The position numbers and the translations under genes are program-made. The notes under the pieces are model-generated. The model made no database searches. It was not told the origin of the DNA and was given only the letters and a program-made list of their open reading frames with translations. Shown piece after piece: positions 44,038 through 53,009 of a stretch of 64,000 bases of DNA (position 1 is its first letter; every line of letters starts with the position of its first letter). This DNA comes from Bacteroidales bacterium (lineage in GTDB: Bacteria > Bacteroidota > Bacteroidia > Bacteroidales > P3): contig WRCN01000007.1 of the NCBI GenBank assembly GCA_009783885.1, positions 16,953-80,952 on the forward strand, read 5' to 3'.

Positions 44038-44493
44038 ATGTCAAAAAAAGAACTAAACGTCTCCGCCCTCCAAAACGGCACCGTAATCGACCACATCGCT
44101 CAAGGTCAAGTCGAACGCGTGTTGTATATTTTGAATCTGCCTAACTATGACGATCAAATTTATTTGGGAGCAAACTTAGACAGTAAAAAATACGGCAAAA
44201 AAGGCATTATTAAAGTATCCAATAAATTTTTCGAACCTGAAGAAGTCAATAAAATTGCCCTAGTTTCGCCAACAGCATCCATTATCGAAATTCGAGATTA
44301 CGACGTCATCAAAAAAGGAAACGTTCAAATCTCCGATGAAATCAAGGGGTTCGTGAAATGTGTAAATCCGAATTGCATCACTAATCACGAAAATGTTCCT
44401 ACGTGGTTTGATGTTACAGACAAAAAAGAAATCGTTCTGAAATGTCGTTATTGCGAGAAAAATACGGCAAAGGCGAATATTGAATTTATTTAA
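44038..44493 (+). CDS. pyrI: Aspartate carbamoyltransferase regulatory subunit
   Basis: N-terminal allosteric domain (GTVIDHI) and a C-terminal zinc domain with CxNxNCIT ... CxYC. Confidence 0.9.
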   Translation: MSKKELNVSALQNGTVIDHIAQGQVERVLYILNLPNYDDQIYLGANLDSKKYGKKGIIKVSNKFFEPEEVNKIALVSPTASIIEIRDYDVIKKGNVQISDEIKGFVKCVNPNCITNHENVPTWFDVTDKKEIVLKCRYCEKNTAKANIEFI

Positions 44494-44498
44494 TTGTT

Positions 44499-44521
44499 GT
44501 AGGGGCGTATTGCATACACCC
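44499..44521. repeat. GTAG-headed REP-like hairpin (imperfect) between convergent genes
   Basis: GTAG-GGGCGTAT-TGC-ATACACCC. Confidence 0.6.
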
Positions 44522-44531
44522 ATAGATATTA

Positions 44532-45671
44532 TTACCTGATCAATCGCGCATTATCAACTAATGCAGAACGAATTTGTTCGCCCAAACCCCTCGAAGCCTC
44601 AATAAGCAGCATATCATCACTGGGCACTATAACAGGCGCCATAATTCGATTTCGGGTTCGATCTGATAATGCACGCAAATCTCCACTGGTGCTAAATCTT
44701 GAGAATTGAGCAACGGCGGTATGATTCAAAAAAACGGTTCGTATCACACGCTGATTTTCTACATCAAAATAGGTCAAAGTACCGTCTAATCGGGCTCTTC
44801 TTGTTGTGGTCGTTTCTGTTACCACACATCTTATCGTTACAGTTCTCGGCACTTCTACAATGTTTCCACTGGTATCTCTGCGACGTTCGGTACCATCAGT
44901 AATGGTTCGGGTTTCGGTAAATCGTCTCGTATTTGAAGTGGGGGGTTGCCAAAACCTTCGGTCAAGTGTAAACACAACTTCGAATTGATAATGCGCTCGA
45001 CGGGGTTCAACATCGTAGATCACCCATCGCCTATTCATGGATTGCGGACGAACGTTGGTCAAATTCCAAACCGCTTCATGAGGCAAAAAAGTCCCGCTAC
45101 GATTGATGAATTGAAACAATACAAACGTTGTTCCCAATTCCTCAGCATGGGCTTTGAGATTTTCTACATCTCTGAAATGAAGTCCTGAATACTGAACCAC
45201 TCTTTCAAAGTGAGCAAAAGCCTGTCGCGCCTCCCTTTTTGTTCCGGTGTTCAAAAGTTGAATACCGGCCGCATAGTGAAATTCGGTAGCTCTTAACTTT
45301 GCCACAGCCAATTCCTCGCTGTGAGATTCGTATACAAAACCAATTTCATTTTTCACCGAAGATGAGAGAGCGTCTATTTTATTGTTGCGCGTAATCATGC
45401 GTTCGTAAATCGTAACAATGCGTCCCCAAATATCCGGTGCTCCGGTTTGTCTTAAAGCCAATATCTGTTCCTTGTCGTTTGCGTTCGCTATACGATAAGC
45501 ATCTCTTAGAATGTCGAGATGTTTTTCATTAGACGGAGTTCTGTTAAGAACACTGATACTTCTGCTGATAGCCTCATCGTACCGTCCATTCCTGAAGGAC
45601 CTCGAAGCGCTGGCACAACCCATCAAAAAAATCGACAGCAGTAAAAGAGTAGTAAAATTTCGCAATTTCAT
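44532..45671 (-). CDS. Hypothetical lipoprotein
   Basis: Lipoprotein signal MKLRNFTTLLLLSIFLMGC. 379 aa with an Arg/Thr-rich C-terminal half. No motif was recognised. Confidence 0.6.
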   Translation of the reverse strand: MKLRNFTTLLLLSIFLMGCASASRSFRNGRYDEAISRSISVLNRTPSNEKHLDILRDAYRIANANDKEQILALRQTGAPDIWGRIVTIYERMITRNNKIDALSSSVKNEIGFVYESHSEELAVAKLRATEFHYAAGIQLLNTGTKREARQAFAHFERVVQYSGLHFRDVENLKAHAEELGTTFVLFQFINRSGTFLPHEAVWNLTNVRPQSMNRRWVIYDVEPRRAHYQFEVVFTLDRRFWQPPTSNTRRFTETRTITDGTERRRDTSGNIVEVPRTVTIRCVVTETTTTRRARLDGTLTYFDVENQRVIRTVFLNHTAVAQFSRFSTSGDLRALSDRTRNRIMAPVIVPSDDMLLIEASRGLGEQIRSALVDNARLIR

Positions 45672-45759
45672 AATTTTTATTTTTCTTATTTTGACAAAAT
45701 TACAAAAAAAAAACGAAAAAAAAAAACTCGAACGATTATGTTATGATGTTTTTTTTTCG

Positions 45760-45767
45760 TATCTTTG
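45760..45767 (+). promoter_or_regulatory. -7 promoter box TATCTTTG
   Basis: TTTTTTTCGTATCTTTGTAAATT lies 26 nt upstream of the ATG at 45794. Confidence 0.55.
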
Positions 45768-45793
45768 TAAATTTATATAACTTGATTTTGAAA

Positions 45794-48175
45794 ATGTGGA
45801 GTAAAATTGTTCGATATATTCTTCGTAATCGTTTGGGGAACCTTGTTGTAATCGGAATTTTGGCGATTTTTATGGCCGTCATGGCAACACGCGTGCAGAT
45901 GAGTTTTACGTTTCCGCAAATGTTGCCCGACAGCAATCAAACTATGAAGGATTATCGTACATTCCTATCGCAGTATGGTGCCGATGGAAATGTTATGTTT
46001 GCAGGAGTTTGCGATGATAGATTGTATGAAATTGACAATTTTAAGGCTTGGGATGTGCTTTCGTATCGCGTTCAGGAAGTGGATGGCGTAACCATGATTT
46101 TGTCGTTTAGCAACGCATTCCAACTTCTTAAAGAAAACGGTCAAAACAAATTTGTTTTGAAGGATATTTTTACACGAAAACCTATCGATCAAACGGAGTT
46201 GGACAGTTTGATGACGATCTTGAACAATCTTCCGTTTTACGATGGTTTTTTATACAATTCCGAAACCGGTGCCACGCTGATGATGATATTTTTCGATAAG
46301 GAAAAAATCAATACCGACGCACGAGATAAAATCGCTAAAAATTTAGAACATATATTTGCCGAATTTTCTCGACAAACCCATATCGAAACTTACATCTCGG
46401 GGTTGCCCTACATTCGTACGGTAACTTCGATGAAATTGAAACGAGAACTTATTTTGTTTTCGTTTTTGGCCTTGGCGGTTGCAGCGACGATTTTGATGAC
46501 ATTCTTCCGTTCGTTTAAAGCCATGATCGGACCCATTGTTATTGTTGGTATCACGGTGATTTGGGCGTTAGGACTCATGGCCATACTGGGTTATGAAATA
46601 ACAGTTTTGTCGAGTATGCTTCCGCCGTTGTTAATTATTATTGGAGTCGAAAATAGTATTTTTCTAACCAATAAATATCACTACGAATGTCATAAGCACG
46701 GCAATAAGACCTTAGCTCTATCCCGTGCCATTAGTCGCATTGGACGTGCTAATTTCATCGTCAATTTGACTACGGCAATCGGTTTTTCAACATTTGTGAT
46801 AACACAAAATCAAATGCTCATTCAGTTCGGTATAACAGCTGCTCTGACCATCATGCTATCCTACATTTTAGTATTGATACTTTTGCCGATATTTTTTAGT
46901 TACACGGCAATTCCAAACACGCGTCAAACCTTGCATTTAAACGATAAATGGATGGTTAATCTATTAGCGAAAATCGAATGGTTGATTATGAAAAGACGCA
47001 AATGGATTTTTGCAGTCTCGATAGCACTTTTTGTTGTAAGTGTGATGGGAATAAGCCAACTTAAAACTTCCGGGCGCCTTGTTGATGATATTCCCAAACG
47101 CGATAAATTGTGTAAGGATTTGTTGTTTTTTGAAGAGCAATTTAAGGGAATTATTCCGCTTGAAATCACCATTGATACCAGACGTCCGAGAGGTGTTCTG
47201 CAAATGTCGTTTTTGTCTATACTAAACAATTTTAAAGATGAACTTACGGAATTTCCCGAATTTGCAAAACCGCTCTCTATTATTGAAGTTTTGAAATATG
47301 GCAAACAAGCGTATTACAATGGAAATCCGGCTTTCTATTCGATGCCGAACAGTAGCGAAATGACCTTTATTATGAGCTATTTGCCTGAAATAGGAAAGGA
47401 TAACGAAAATCCGATGGTGAACCAAATCATGAAAATTTTTGTCGACAGCACGCTCCAAAAAACACGAATTAGCGTGCAAATGCAGAATATGACCACGCCG
47501 GAAATCGAAGAGCTGAAAGACCATTTGCAAGAAATTGTTGACGATATGTTTGATCCCGAAAGATATATCGTCAACATTACCGGTTCAAGCATCGTATTTA
47601 CGGAAGGAACCACATTTCTAATTCGTAATTTGCTGCAAAGTTTAGGCTTAGCTCTGCTCCTGATTATGGCCATTATGGCTTTGCTGTTTTCTTCTGTGCG
47701 AATGATTCTTTTAGCGATTATTCCGAATTTATTACCGCTGATTATGACTGCCGCAGTCATGGGATTTTTCGGAATTCCGTTGAAAGTATCAACCATTTTA
47801 GTGTTTAGTATAGCGCTTGGTATTTCGATAGATAACACGATTCACTTTTTGTCGCGTTATCGTTTGGAGCTTCGTATCAATAAAGGTCAAGTTGAGCCCT
47901 CTGTAATCTACGCCTTGGGCGAAGCAGGGTTCAGTATGGTGTATTCGTCAACGATTTTATTTTTTGGATTTTCTATTTTTGCTTTTTCGAGTTTTGGAGG
48001 AACGCAGATGGTTGGTATTTTAGTTTCTCTGACACTTTTAGTGGTTTTATTAGCAAATTTATTGCTATTGCCTTCATTACTTTTGTTTTTTGGAAAATCG
48101 TCGGAAAGGCCTCTGAAAATAAGTCGATATGAGCATTTTGTAAGATGGTTTAAACGATTACGAAGACATGGCTAA
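45794..48175 (+). CDS. RND-superfamily / MMPL-type membrane transporter
   Basis: It has twofold topology: a TM helix, a loop of about 170 aa and a 5-TM bundle, with this unit repeated once. The GxxxD/E-containing TM bundles are typical of RND/SSD proteins. The start was trimmed to MWSKIVRYIL. Confidence 0.7.
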   Translation: MWSKIVRYILRNRLGNLVVIGILAIFMAVMATRVQMSFTFPQMLPDSNQTMKDYRTFLSQYGADGNVMFAGVCDDRLYEIDNFKAWDVLSYRVQEVDGVTMILSFSNAFQLLKENGQNKFVLKDIFTRKPIDQTELDSLMTILNNLPFYDGFLYNSETGATLMMIFFDKEKINTDARDKIAKNLEHIFAEFSRQTHIETYISGLPYIRTVTSMKLKRELILFSFLALAVAATILMTFFRSFKAMIGPIVIVGITVIWALGLMAILGYEITVLSSMLPPLLIIIGVENSIFLTNKYHYECHKHGNKTLALSRAISRIGRANFIVNLTTAIGFSTFVITQNQMLIQFGITAALTIMLSYILVLILLPIFFSYTAIPNTRQTLHLNDKWMVNLLAKIEWLIMKRRKWIFAVSIALFVVSVMGISQLKTSGRLVDDIPKRDKLCKDLLFFEEQFKGIIPLEITIDTRRPRGVLQMSFLSILNNFKDELTEFPEFAKPLSIIEVLKYGKQAYYNGNPAFYSMPNSSEMTFIMSYLPEIGKDNENPMVNQIMKIFVDSTLQKTRISVQMQNMTTPEIEELKDHLQEIVDDMFDPERYIVNITGSSIVFTEGTTFLIRNLLQSLGLALLLIMAIMALLFSSVRMILLAIIPNLLPLIMTAAVMGFFGIPLKVSTILVFSIALGISIDNTIHFLSRYRLELRINKGQVEPSVIYALGEAGFSMVYSSTILFFGFSIFAFSSFGGTQMVGILVSLTLLVVLLANLLLLPSLLLFFGKSSERPLKISRYEHFVRWFKRLRRHG

Positions 48176-49664
48176 GCGAATTTTCATAGGATGTTTATTG
48201 GGGTTACTGTGTTTTACAACGCTTTCGGCAAATGATATTAGTCTGAGAGCTGAGGGAATTTGTGACAGTGTGGTGGGAAATTGTGACAATGGGCCTCCAG
48301 AACCGGTGGATATCAATGCGGTTAGTGTAGATCCTCAAACCAATCAAACACAAATTTTTTGGACACTCAGCCCGTCGTATTTTACCTACGGATATATTAT
48401 TTATAAAGGTGCTTTGGCAACTCCTTTTGATATAGTTGGAGCAGAAATTAGTAGTTACACTGTGCAAGGACAGGCAGATACAAGCCTGCAACTCTATATC
48501 GCCGCCGTAGATTCGTGTTGCAATACCCAAAGGAGAAGTTTCGCAAGACAAGTGTTTGCTTGCAAAATAGAAGAGCGTGCATGCGAAAGAAAAATAGATA
48601 TTTCATGGAATAATGCACAAAGAAGTGTGTCGAATATTATTCGTTATGATATTATGGTTTCGAAAAATGACAGCGCTTATACGCTTGCGGCTACAGTTGA
48701 TTCGTCGCAACGTTCAGCTGCTATTGATGTTTCCGGACATTTGCAAAAATACAAAATCTATGTTCGCGCAGTGAGTTCGGATACACCAATTTATGCCAAT
48801 TCGATTAGCGATTCGGTGATGGTAATTGCTGCACCGGAACCTGAATTTGCCTATATAGAAACGCTTAATGTAATCAATGATGAAACTGTTGAAATGCGTT
48901 GTCATGCAGATGTTTCGATCGCTTGGAAAGAACTCCTTGCCTATGTTGATGGTTTGCTCGAAAAAACCATAACTTACGATGATTTTCTAAAAAATAATCA
49001 TCTTTTATTACCTAGAAAAAACGCATTTTACCATTTCGAAATAAACGATACGTGTGGCCAAATCATTGGACATTCGAATAATGCCAAACCTATTCTTTTG
49101 AAAGCAGAACTTCATGGGAACATTGTGGAAATGGAGATTTCAGCATATCAAGGTTGGGTAGGCACAAATATTCGCTACGATGTTTTTGAAATTAAAGATA
49201 ATGACGACAATTTGGTATCATCACTTTGGCCAAATTCCACTACTGTTTTTACGCATCACGTACCAATTCCGAATTCTGAACAAATTTCGAGATTAAGTTA
49301 CTATGTTGTGGCCCATGAAGGAGAGGGAAATCCTCACGGAATTGAGGGTATTACAGCAAAATCAAATGTGGTAACCGTGATTTCTAAAAGAGAAGTTACC
49401 GTACATTTTCCAACAGGTTTTGTTCCCGGTGGAGTCACTCCTATTTATCGTCCAATCTATATTCCGTTACCGGGCGATGTCATGAAATTTCAAATTCATA
49501 ACAAATTCGGACAAATTGTTTTTTCAACCGATAATCCCGACGAAGGCTGGGACGGAACATTCCGAGGACAAGTACAATCGGGCGGCGTTTACATGTATCA
49601 ATTTGTTGTAACTCGAAATGGCCAGTCTACACAGAAAAAGGGATCGTTTGTGATTGTACGATAA
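48168..49664 (+). CDS. Secreted Ig-like repeat protein with type B T9SS C-terminal sorting domain (gliding-motility-associated CTD)
   Basis: Signal peptide MAKRIFIGCLLGLLCFTTLSAND. The C-terminus FPTGFVPGG...FQIHNKFGQIVFSTDNPDEGWDGTFRGQVQSGGVYMYQFVV...KGSFVIVR matches the type B CTD pattern. It overlaps the transporter gene by 8 nt. Confidence 0.7.
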   Translation: MAKRIFIGCLLGLLCFTTLSANDISLRAEGICDSVVGNCDNGPPEPVDINAVSVDPQTNQTQIFWTLSPSYFTYGYIIYKGALATPFDIVGAEISSYTVQGQADTSLQLYIAAVDSCCNTQRRSFARQVFACKIEERACERKIDISWNNAQRSVSNIIRYDIMVSKNDSAYTLAATVDSSQRSAAIDVSGHLQKYKIYVRAVSSDTPIYANSISDSVMVIAAPEPEFAYIETLNVINDETVEMRCHADVSIAWKELLAYVDGLLEKTITYDDFLKNNHLLLPRKNAFYHFEINDTCGQIIGHSNNAKPILLKAELHGNIVEMEISAYQGWVGTNIRYDVFEIKDNDDNLVSSLWPNSTTVFTHHVPIPNSEQISRLSYYVVAHEGEGNPHGIEGITAKSNVVTVISKREVTVHFPTGFVPGGVTPIYRPIYIPLPGDVMKFQIHNKFGQIVFSTDNPDEGWDGTFRGQVQSGGVYMYQFVVTRNGQSTQKKGSFVIVR

Positions 49665-49689
49665 TAATGTAATCGACGGCAATTTGTTG

Positions 49690-49717
49690 GCAGGGCGTAT
49701 ATGTAATACGCCCCTGC
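49690..49717. terminator. REP-like hairpin (GCAG-headed variant on minus strand) between convergent genes
   Basis: GCAGGGCGTAT-ATGTA-ATACGCCCCTGC. Confidence 0.55.
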
Positions 49718-49722
49718 ACTAT

Positions 49723-50145
49723 TTATTCATCGTGCATTTCCCCATCATCAATAATAGGACTAATCCCTAACAAATCCCTAACATTCAAAACATCACGAAC
49801 CACAAAGGCTTGCGGATAGCTCGCTTTCAAATTTTCTAAAGCCGCAGAGGCTTCAAGACGCGTGCGAAAATTTCCGACATTAACTCTAAAATACGGTTCC
49901 TCAAAACTTACATAACTTTGTATATTCGGAAAGCGCTCTGAAAAAGCGGTTTGAACAGCCATTGCTCCGCTTCGCGAATGATTCCCCGATTGGGAAAAAA
50001 TGTTGATCCGAAACCCGTTAACCGGAGTAATTTTATTGTATTCGATATGTTTATCAACCAACGTATTTACACGAAAATCATTCACAAAAGTTACAGGTTC
50101 TTCAACCAAACCAAGCATTGACAAAAAGCAAATAAACGTTATCAT
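49723..50145 (-). CDS. SPOR (peptidoglycan-binding) domain protein
   Basis: C-terminal region of about 75 aa: GFRINIFSQSG...AMAVQTAFSERFP...FRVNVGNFRTRLEASAALENLKASYPQAFVV. It has a 4-nt overlap with the usp gene. Confidence 0.7.
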   Translation of the reverse strand: MITFICFLSMLGLVEEPVTFVNDFRVNTLVDKHIEYNKITPVNGFRINIFSQSGNHSRSGAMAVQTAFSERFPNIQSYVSFEEPYFRVNVGNFRTRLEASAALENLKASYPQAFVVRDVLNVRDLLGISPIIDDGEMHDE

Positions 50146-50996
50146 GAGAAAGAAGTTGTTGCTAACACTTTCGGAGTGATAGATAAAACAGGAATTTCAG
50201 ACGAGCCAATCATTTGTTCGGCATACGTTCCCAAAAGAAAACTCCAAGCCGAACTTTCTTGTTCGGTTGTGATCGAAATCAAATCGGCATCCACTGATTC
50301 AGCATAGGCAATAGCGGTTTTCGTGATATTTTCGGCTTCTCTAAAAACAGTGGTAAACTCAACTTTTTCTTCGGAAATAAATTTCTCGACTTGCGCCACA
50401 TAATTGTCTACTTTGCGCTTAATCGAAGATAATTTCGAAGAATACACGCCCAAAATATGAATCTCGGCTTTTGCCATTCTCGCTAATTTACAAGTGAACG
50501 GCACTTTTTGACGAGTGTCCGTAGAACTGTCAATCGGCAATACAAAAATGTGGCTCGACGAACGAAAACGATAATTCGGACGAACAGTGATCACGGGAGA
50601 TTTGGAATACATCACAATACGATAGGCATTACTGCCAATATAGTGCTCTTCGAAACCTGAAGCGCCGTGTGTACCACAAACAATCAAGTCCACATCGTCA
50701 TACTTGGCTTGGTTAACAACCTCATTATGAACCTTTCCTTCACGAATGCGGTAACTCATTTTACTACCATCCTTCAGTTTCGGAAAATAGTCTGCAATAA
50801 TTTGCTCCAATCTAGAAACGGCTGCCTTTTCAAGAGAAGTTTCCTCGGTTTCCATAACTAAAATATCCTTGCCACGAATGCTGTTCACCCATATCAAGAC
50901 CACTTCAACAGCAACGTCTTTTACGTTCGCAACCACATAATCCAACGCTTTTAAAGAATTGTGGGAAAAATCCGTAGGGATCAATATTTTTCTCAT
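50142..50996 (-). CDS. Universal stress protein, tandem UspA domains
   Basis: Two Usp-like halves: MRKILIPTDFS ... DLIVCGTHGASG, and ... ILGV ... DLISITT. Confidence 0.8.
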   Translation of the reverse strand: MRKILIPTDFSHNSLKALDYVVANVKDVAVEVVLIWVNSIRGKDILVMETEETSLEKAAVSRLEQIIADYFPKLKDGSKMSYRIREGKVHNEVVNQAKYDDVDLIVCGTHGASGFEEHYIGSNAYRIVMYSKSPVITVRPNYRFRSSSHIFVLPIDSSTDTRQKVPFTCKLARMAKAEIHILGVYSSKLSSIKRKVDNYVAQVEKFISEEKVEFTTVFREAENITKTAIAYAESVDADLISITTEQESSAWSFLLGTYAEQMIGSSEIPVLSITPKVLATTSFS

Positions 50997-51020
50997 GATG
51001 TTAGAACTTAGAATTTTTCA

Positions 51021-51028
51021 CAAAGGTA
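51021..51028 (-). promoter_or_regulatory. -7 promoter box (TACCTTTG on minus strand)
   Basis: The minus strand reads AAAAAAAGTTTGTACCTTTGTGAAAAATTC, upstream of usp. Confidence 0.5.
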
Positions 51029-51061
51029 CAAACTTTTTTTGGAATTATCAACATTTTTTTG

Positions 51062-51069
51062 TATTTTTG
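51062..51069 (+). promoter_or_regulatory. -7 promoter box TATTTTTG
   Basis: TTTTTTTGTATTTTTGTGAAAC lies 14 nt upstream of the ruvB ATG. Confidence 0.5.
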
Positions 51070-51083
51070 TGAAACTTTTTTAA

Positions 51084-52109
51084 ATGAACGAAAATTTAGA
51101 CCCTACAAACATCCGTTTTTCCAATGTGGAAAAAGAGGTGGAACGCGCTTTGCGACCGCTTAGCTTCTCTGATTTTAGAGGTCAAGCACAGGTTTTGGAC
51201 AATCTGCAAGTGTTCGTTTTGGCAGCCAAACAGCGGGGTGAAGCTTTAGATCACGTTTTACTTCACGGTCCACCCGGGTTGGGAAAAACAACCCTGTCGT
51301 ATATCATTTCCAACGAACTCGAAGTGGGAATTAAAACCACATCCGGTCCGGTTTTGGATAAACCCGGAGAATTGGCGGGTTTGCTCACCAGTTTGGAACC
51401 GAATGATGTGCTGTTTATTGATGAAATTCACCGTTTAAGTCCTGTTGTGGAAGAGTATCTGTATTCGGCGATGGAAGATTATAAAATTGACATCCTGATT
51501 GAATCCGGACCGAATGCACGAAGTGTGCAAATTTCGCTCAATCCATTTACATTGATTGGCGCCACCACACGATCCGGATTGCTCACGGCACCGCTACGTT
51601 CACGCTTCGGCATCAATTCCAGATTGGAATATTACGACGCACAAACGTTGATGCAAATCATCAAACGCTCGGCAAAATTGTTGAATGTGACGATTGACGA
51701 TTTTGCAGCACACGAAATTGCTCGCCGCAGTCGTGGAACCCCGCGAATTGCGAACTTGCTGTTGCGACGTGTGCGCGATTTTGCACAAATTCGAGGCAAC
51801 GGAAAGGTAGACGTGGACATTTCGCAAATCGCCCTAACCGCATTGAATGTAGATAAAAACGGTTTGGATGAAATGGATAATCGCATTTTGACCACGATTA
51901 TCGACAAATTTAAGGGTGGCCCTGTTGGATTAACTACCATTGCCACAGCAGTTAGTGAAGAAGCCGGAACAATTGAAGAAGTATACGAGCCGTTTCTAAT
52001 CAAAGAGGGTTATTTGATGCGGACGCCACGCGGGCGCGAAGTAACCCTGAAAGCCTATCAGCACTTGGGAAAAATCAAACAAGTTACCAAACAAGATTCG
52101 TTGTTTTAG
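51084..52109 (+). CDS. ruvB: Holliday junction branch migration DNA helicase RuvB
   Basis: Walker [10 protein letters not shown], Walker B LFIDEIH, and the sensor and winged-helix regions are all present. 341 aa. Confidence 0.95.
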   Translation: MNENLDPTNIRFSNVEKEVERALRPLSFSDFRGQAQVLDNLQVFVLAAKQRGEALDHVLLHGPPGLGKTTLSYIISNELEVGIKTTSGPVLDKPGELAGLLTSLEPNDVLFIDEIHRLSPVVEEYLYSAMEDYKIDILIESGPNARSVQISLNPFTLIGATTRSGLLTAPLRSRFGINSRLEYYDAQTLMQIIKRSAKLLNVTIDDFAAHEIARRSRGTPRIANLLLRRVRDFAQIRGNGKVDVDISQIALTALNVDKNGLDEMDNRILTTIIDKFKGGPVGLTTIATAVSEEAGTIEEVYEPFLIKEGYLMRTPRGREVTLKAYQHLGKIKQVTKQDSLF

Positions 52110-52112
52110 GAT

Positions 52113-52164
52113 GTAGGGACGAGGTATGCTTCGACTATGCTCAGCAACCGTGCCTCACCTCTAC
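52113..52164. repeat. Chimeric element: GTAG/CTAC REP-like arms with a GAGCG-type core in the loop
   Basis: GTAGGGACGAGGTATGC-TTCGACTATGCTCA-GCAACCGTGCCTCACCTCTAC. Confidence 0.7.
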
Positions 52165-52180
52165 GTTTAATCGTATTATT

Positions 52181-52996
52181 ATGTATTTTGAACAAACGTC
52201 AAACATAAAAAAACACGCTTTGAATCTTGGTTTTTTTGCGTGTGGAGTAGCTAAATCGGAAGTTTTGAGCGATGACAAAATTCACTACGAAAACTATCTT
52301 CAACGTGGTGATCACGGTGAAATGAATTACCTGACCAATTATTTTGACAAACGTTTCAATCCTGCGTTAGTGTTGGAAAACACGAAATCGGTGATTGTAG
52401 TTTTGTGGGATTATTCAATGTATGACCCCAAAAAAACTCCTGAAGGAAAACTTGCGAAATACGCCTGTGGAGAGGATTACCACATTGTTATCAAATCTAA
52501 ACTTTTACAGTTAGAAAATGAAATTCACAAACTTTTTCCACAAGCCAACATGCGCTCATTTGTCGACGCATCGCCGGTTTTGGAAAAAACATGGGCTATC
52601 AAAGCAGGGGTGGGATTTCGAGGGAGAAATACATTATTGATCAATCCTACCATTGGCTCCTATTGCAATATTGGTGTAATTTTAACCGACCAAGAATTGG
52701 CTTACGATACACCGCTCGAAATCACGTGTGGCACGTGTTCTCGATGTTTGGAAAGTTGCCCGACAGGCGCATTGGCTCTCCCCTATCAACTGAATGCACG
52801 AAACTGTATTTCGTATTACAATGCCGAAAAAAAACGCGCTGCAACATTTGATTTGCATGGTTGGGCACAGGGGTGCGATGAATGTCAGATGTGTTGTCCA
52901 TGGAATATGGGTACGAGGTATGAGGTGGCGGGGTACGAGGTTTCCTCGAAGCACACCCCGCACCTCGAACCCCGTAACCCCGCACCAAATAACTAA
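52181..52996 (+). CDS. queG: tRNA epoxyqueuosine(34) reductase QueG, apparently short, with repeat-encoded C-terminus
   Basis: Two 4Fe-4S motifs, CGTCSRCLESCP and CDECQMCCPWN. The ORF ends about 30 codons after CPWN inside a GC-rich heptad palindrome (GTRYEVAGYEVSSKHTPHLEPRNPAPNN). Confidence 0.75.
   Translation: MYFEQTSNIKKHALNLGFFACGVAKSEVLSDDKIHYENYLQRGDHGEMNYLTNYFDKRFNPALVLENTKSVIVVLWDYSMYDPKKTPEGKLAKYACGEDYHIVIKSKLLQLENEIHKLFPQANMRSFVDASPVLEKTWAIKAGVGFRGRNTLLINPTIGSYCNIGVILTDQELAYDTPLEITCGTCSRCLESCPTGALALPYQLNARNCISYYNAEKKRAATFDLHGWAQGCDECQMCCPWNMGTRYEVAGYEVSSKHTPHLEPRNPAPNN
52908..52986. repeat. GC-rich 7-nt repeat palindrome
   Basis: GGGTACGA-GGTATGA-GGTGGCG-GGGTACGAGG TTT CCTCGAAGCACACCCCGCACCTCGAACCCCGTAACCCCGCACC. 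Confidence 0.7.
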
Positions 52997-53009
52997 ATTA
53001 GAATTCCAA

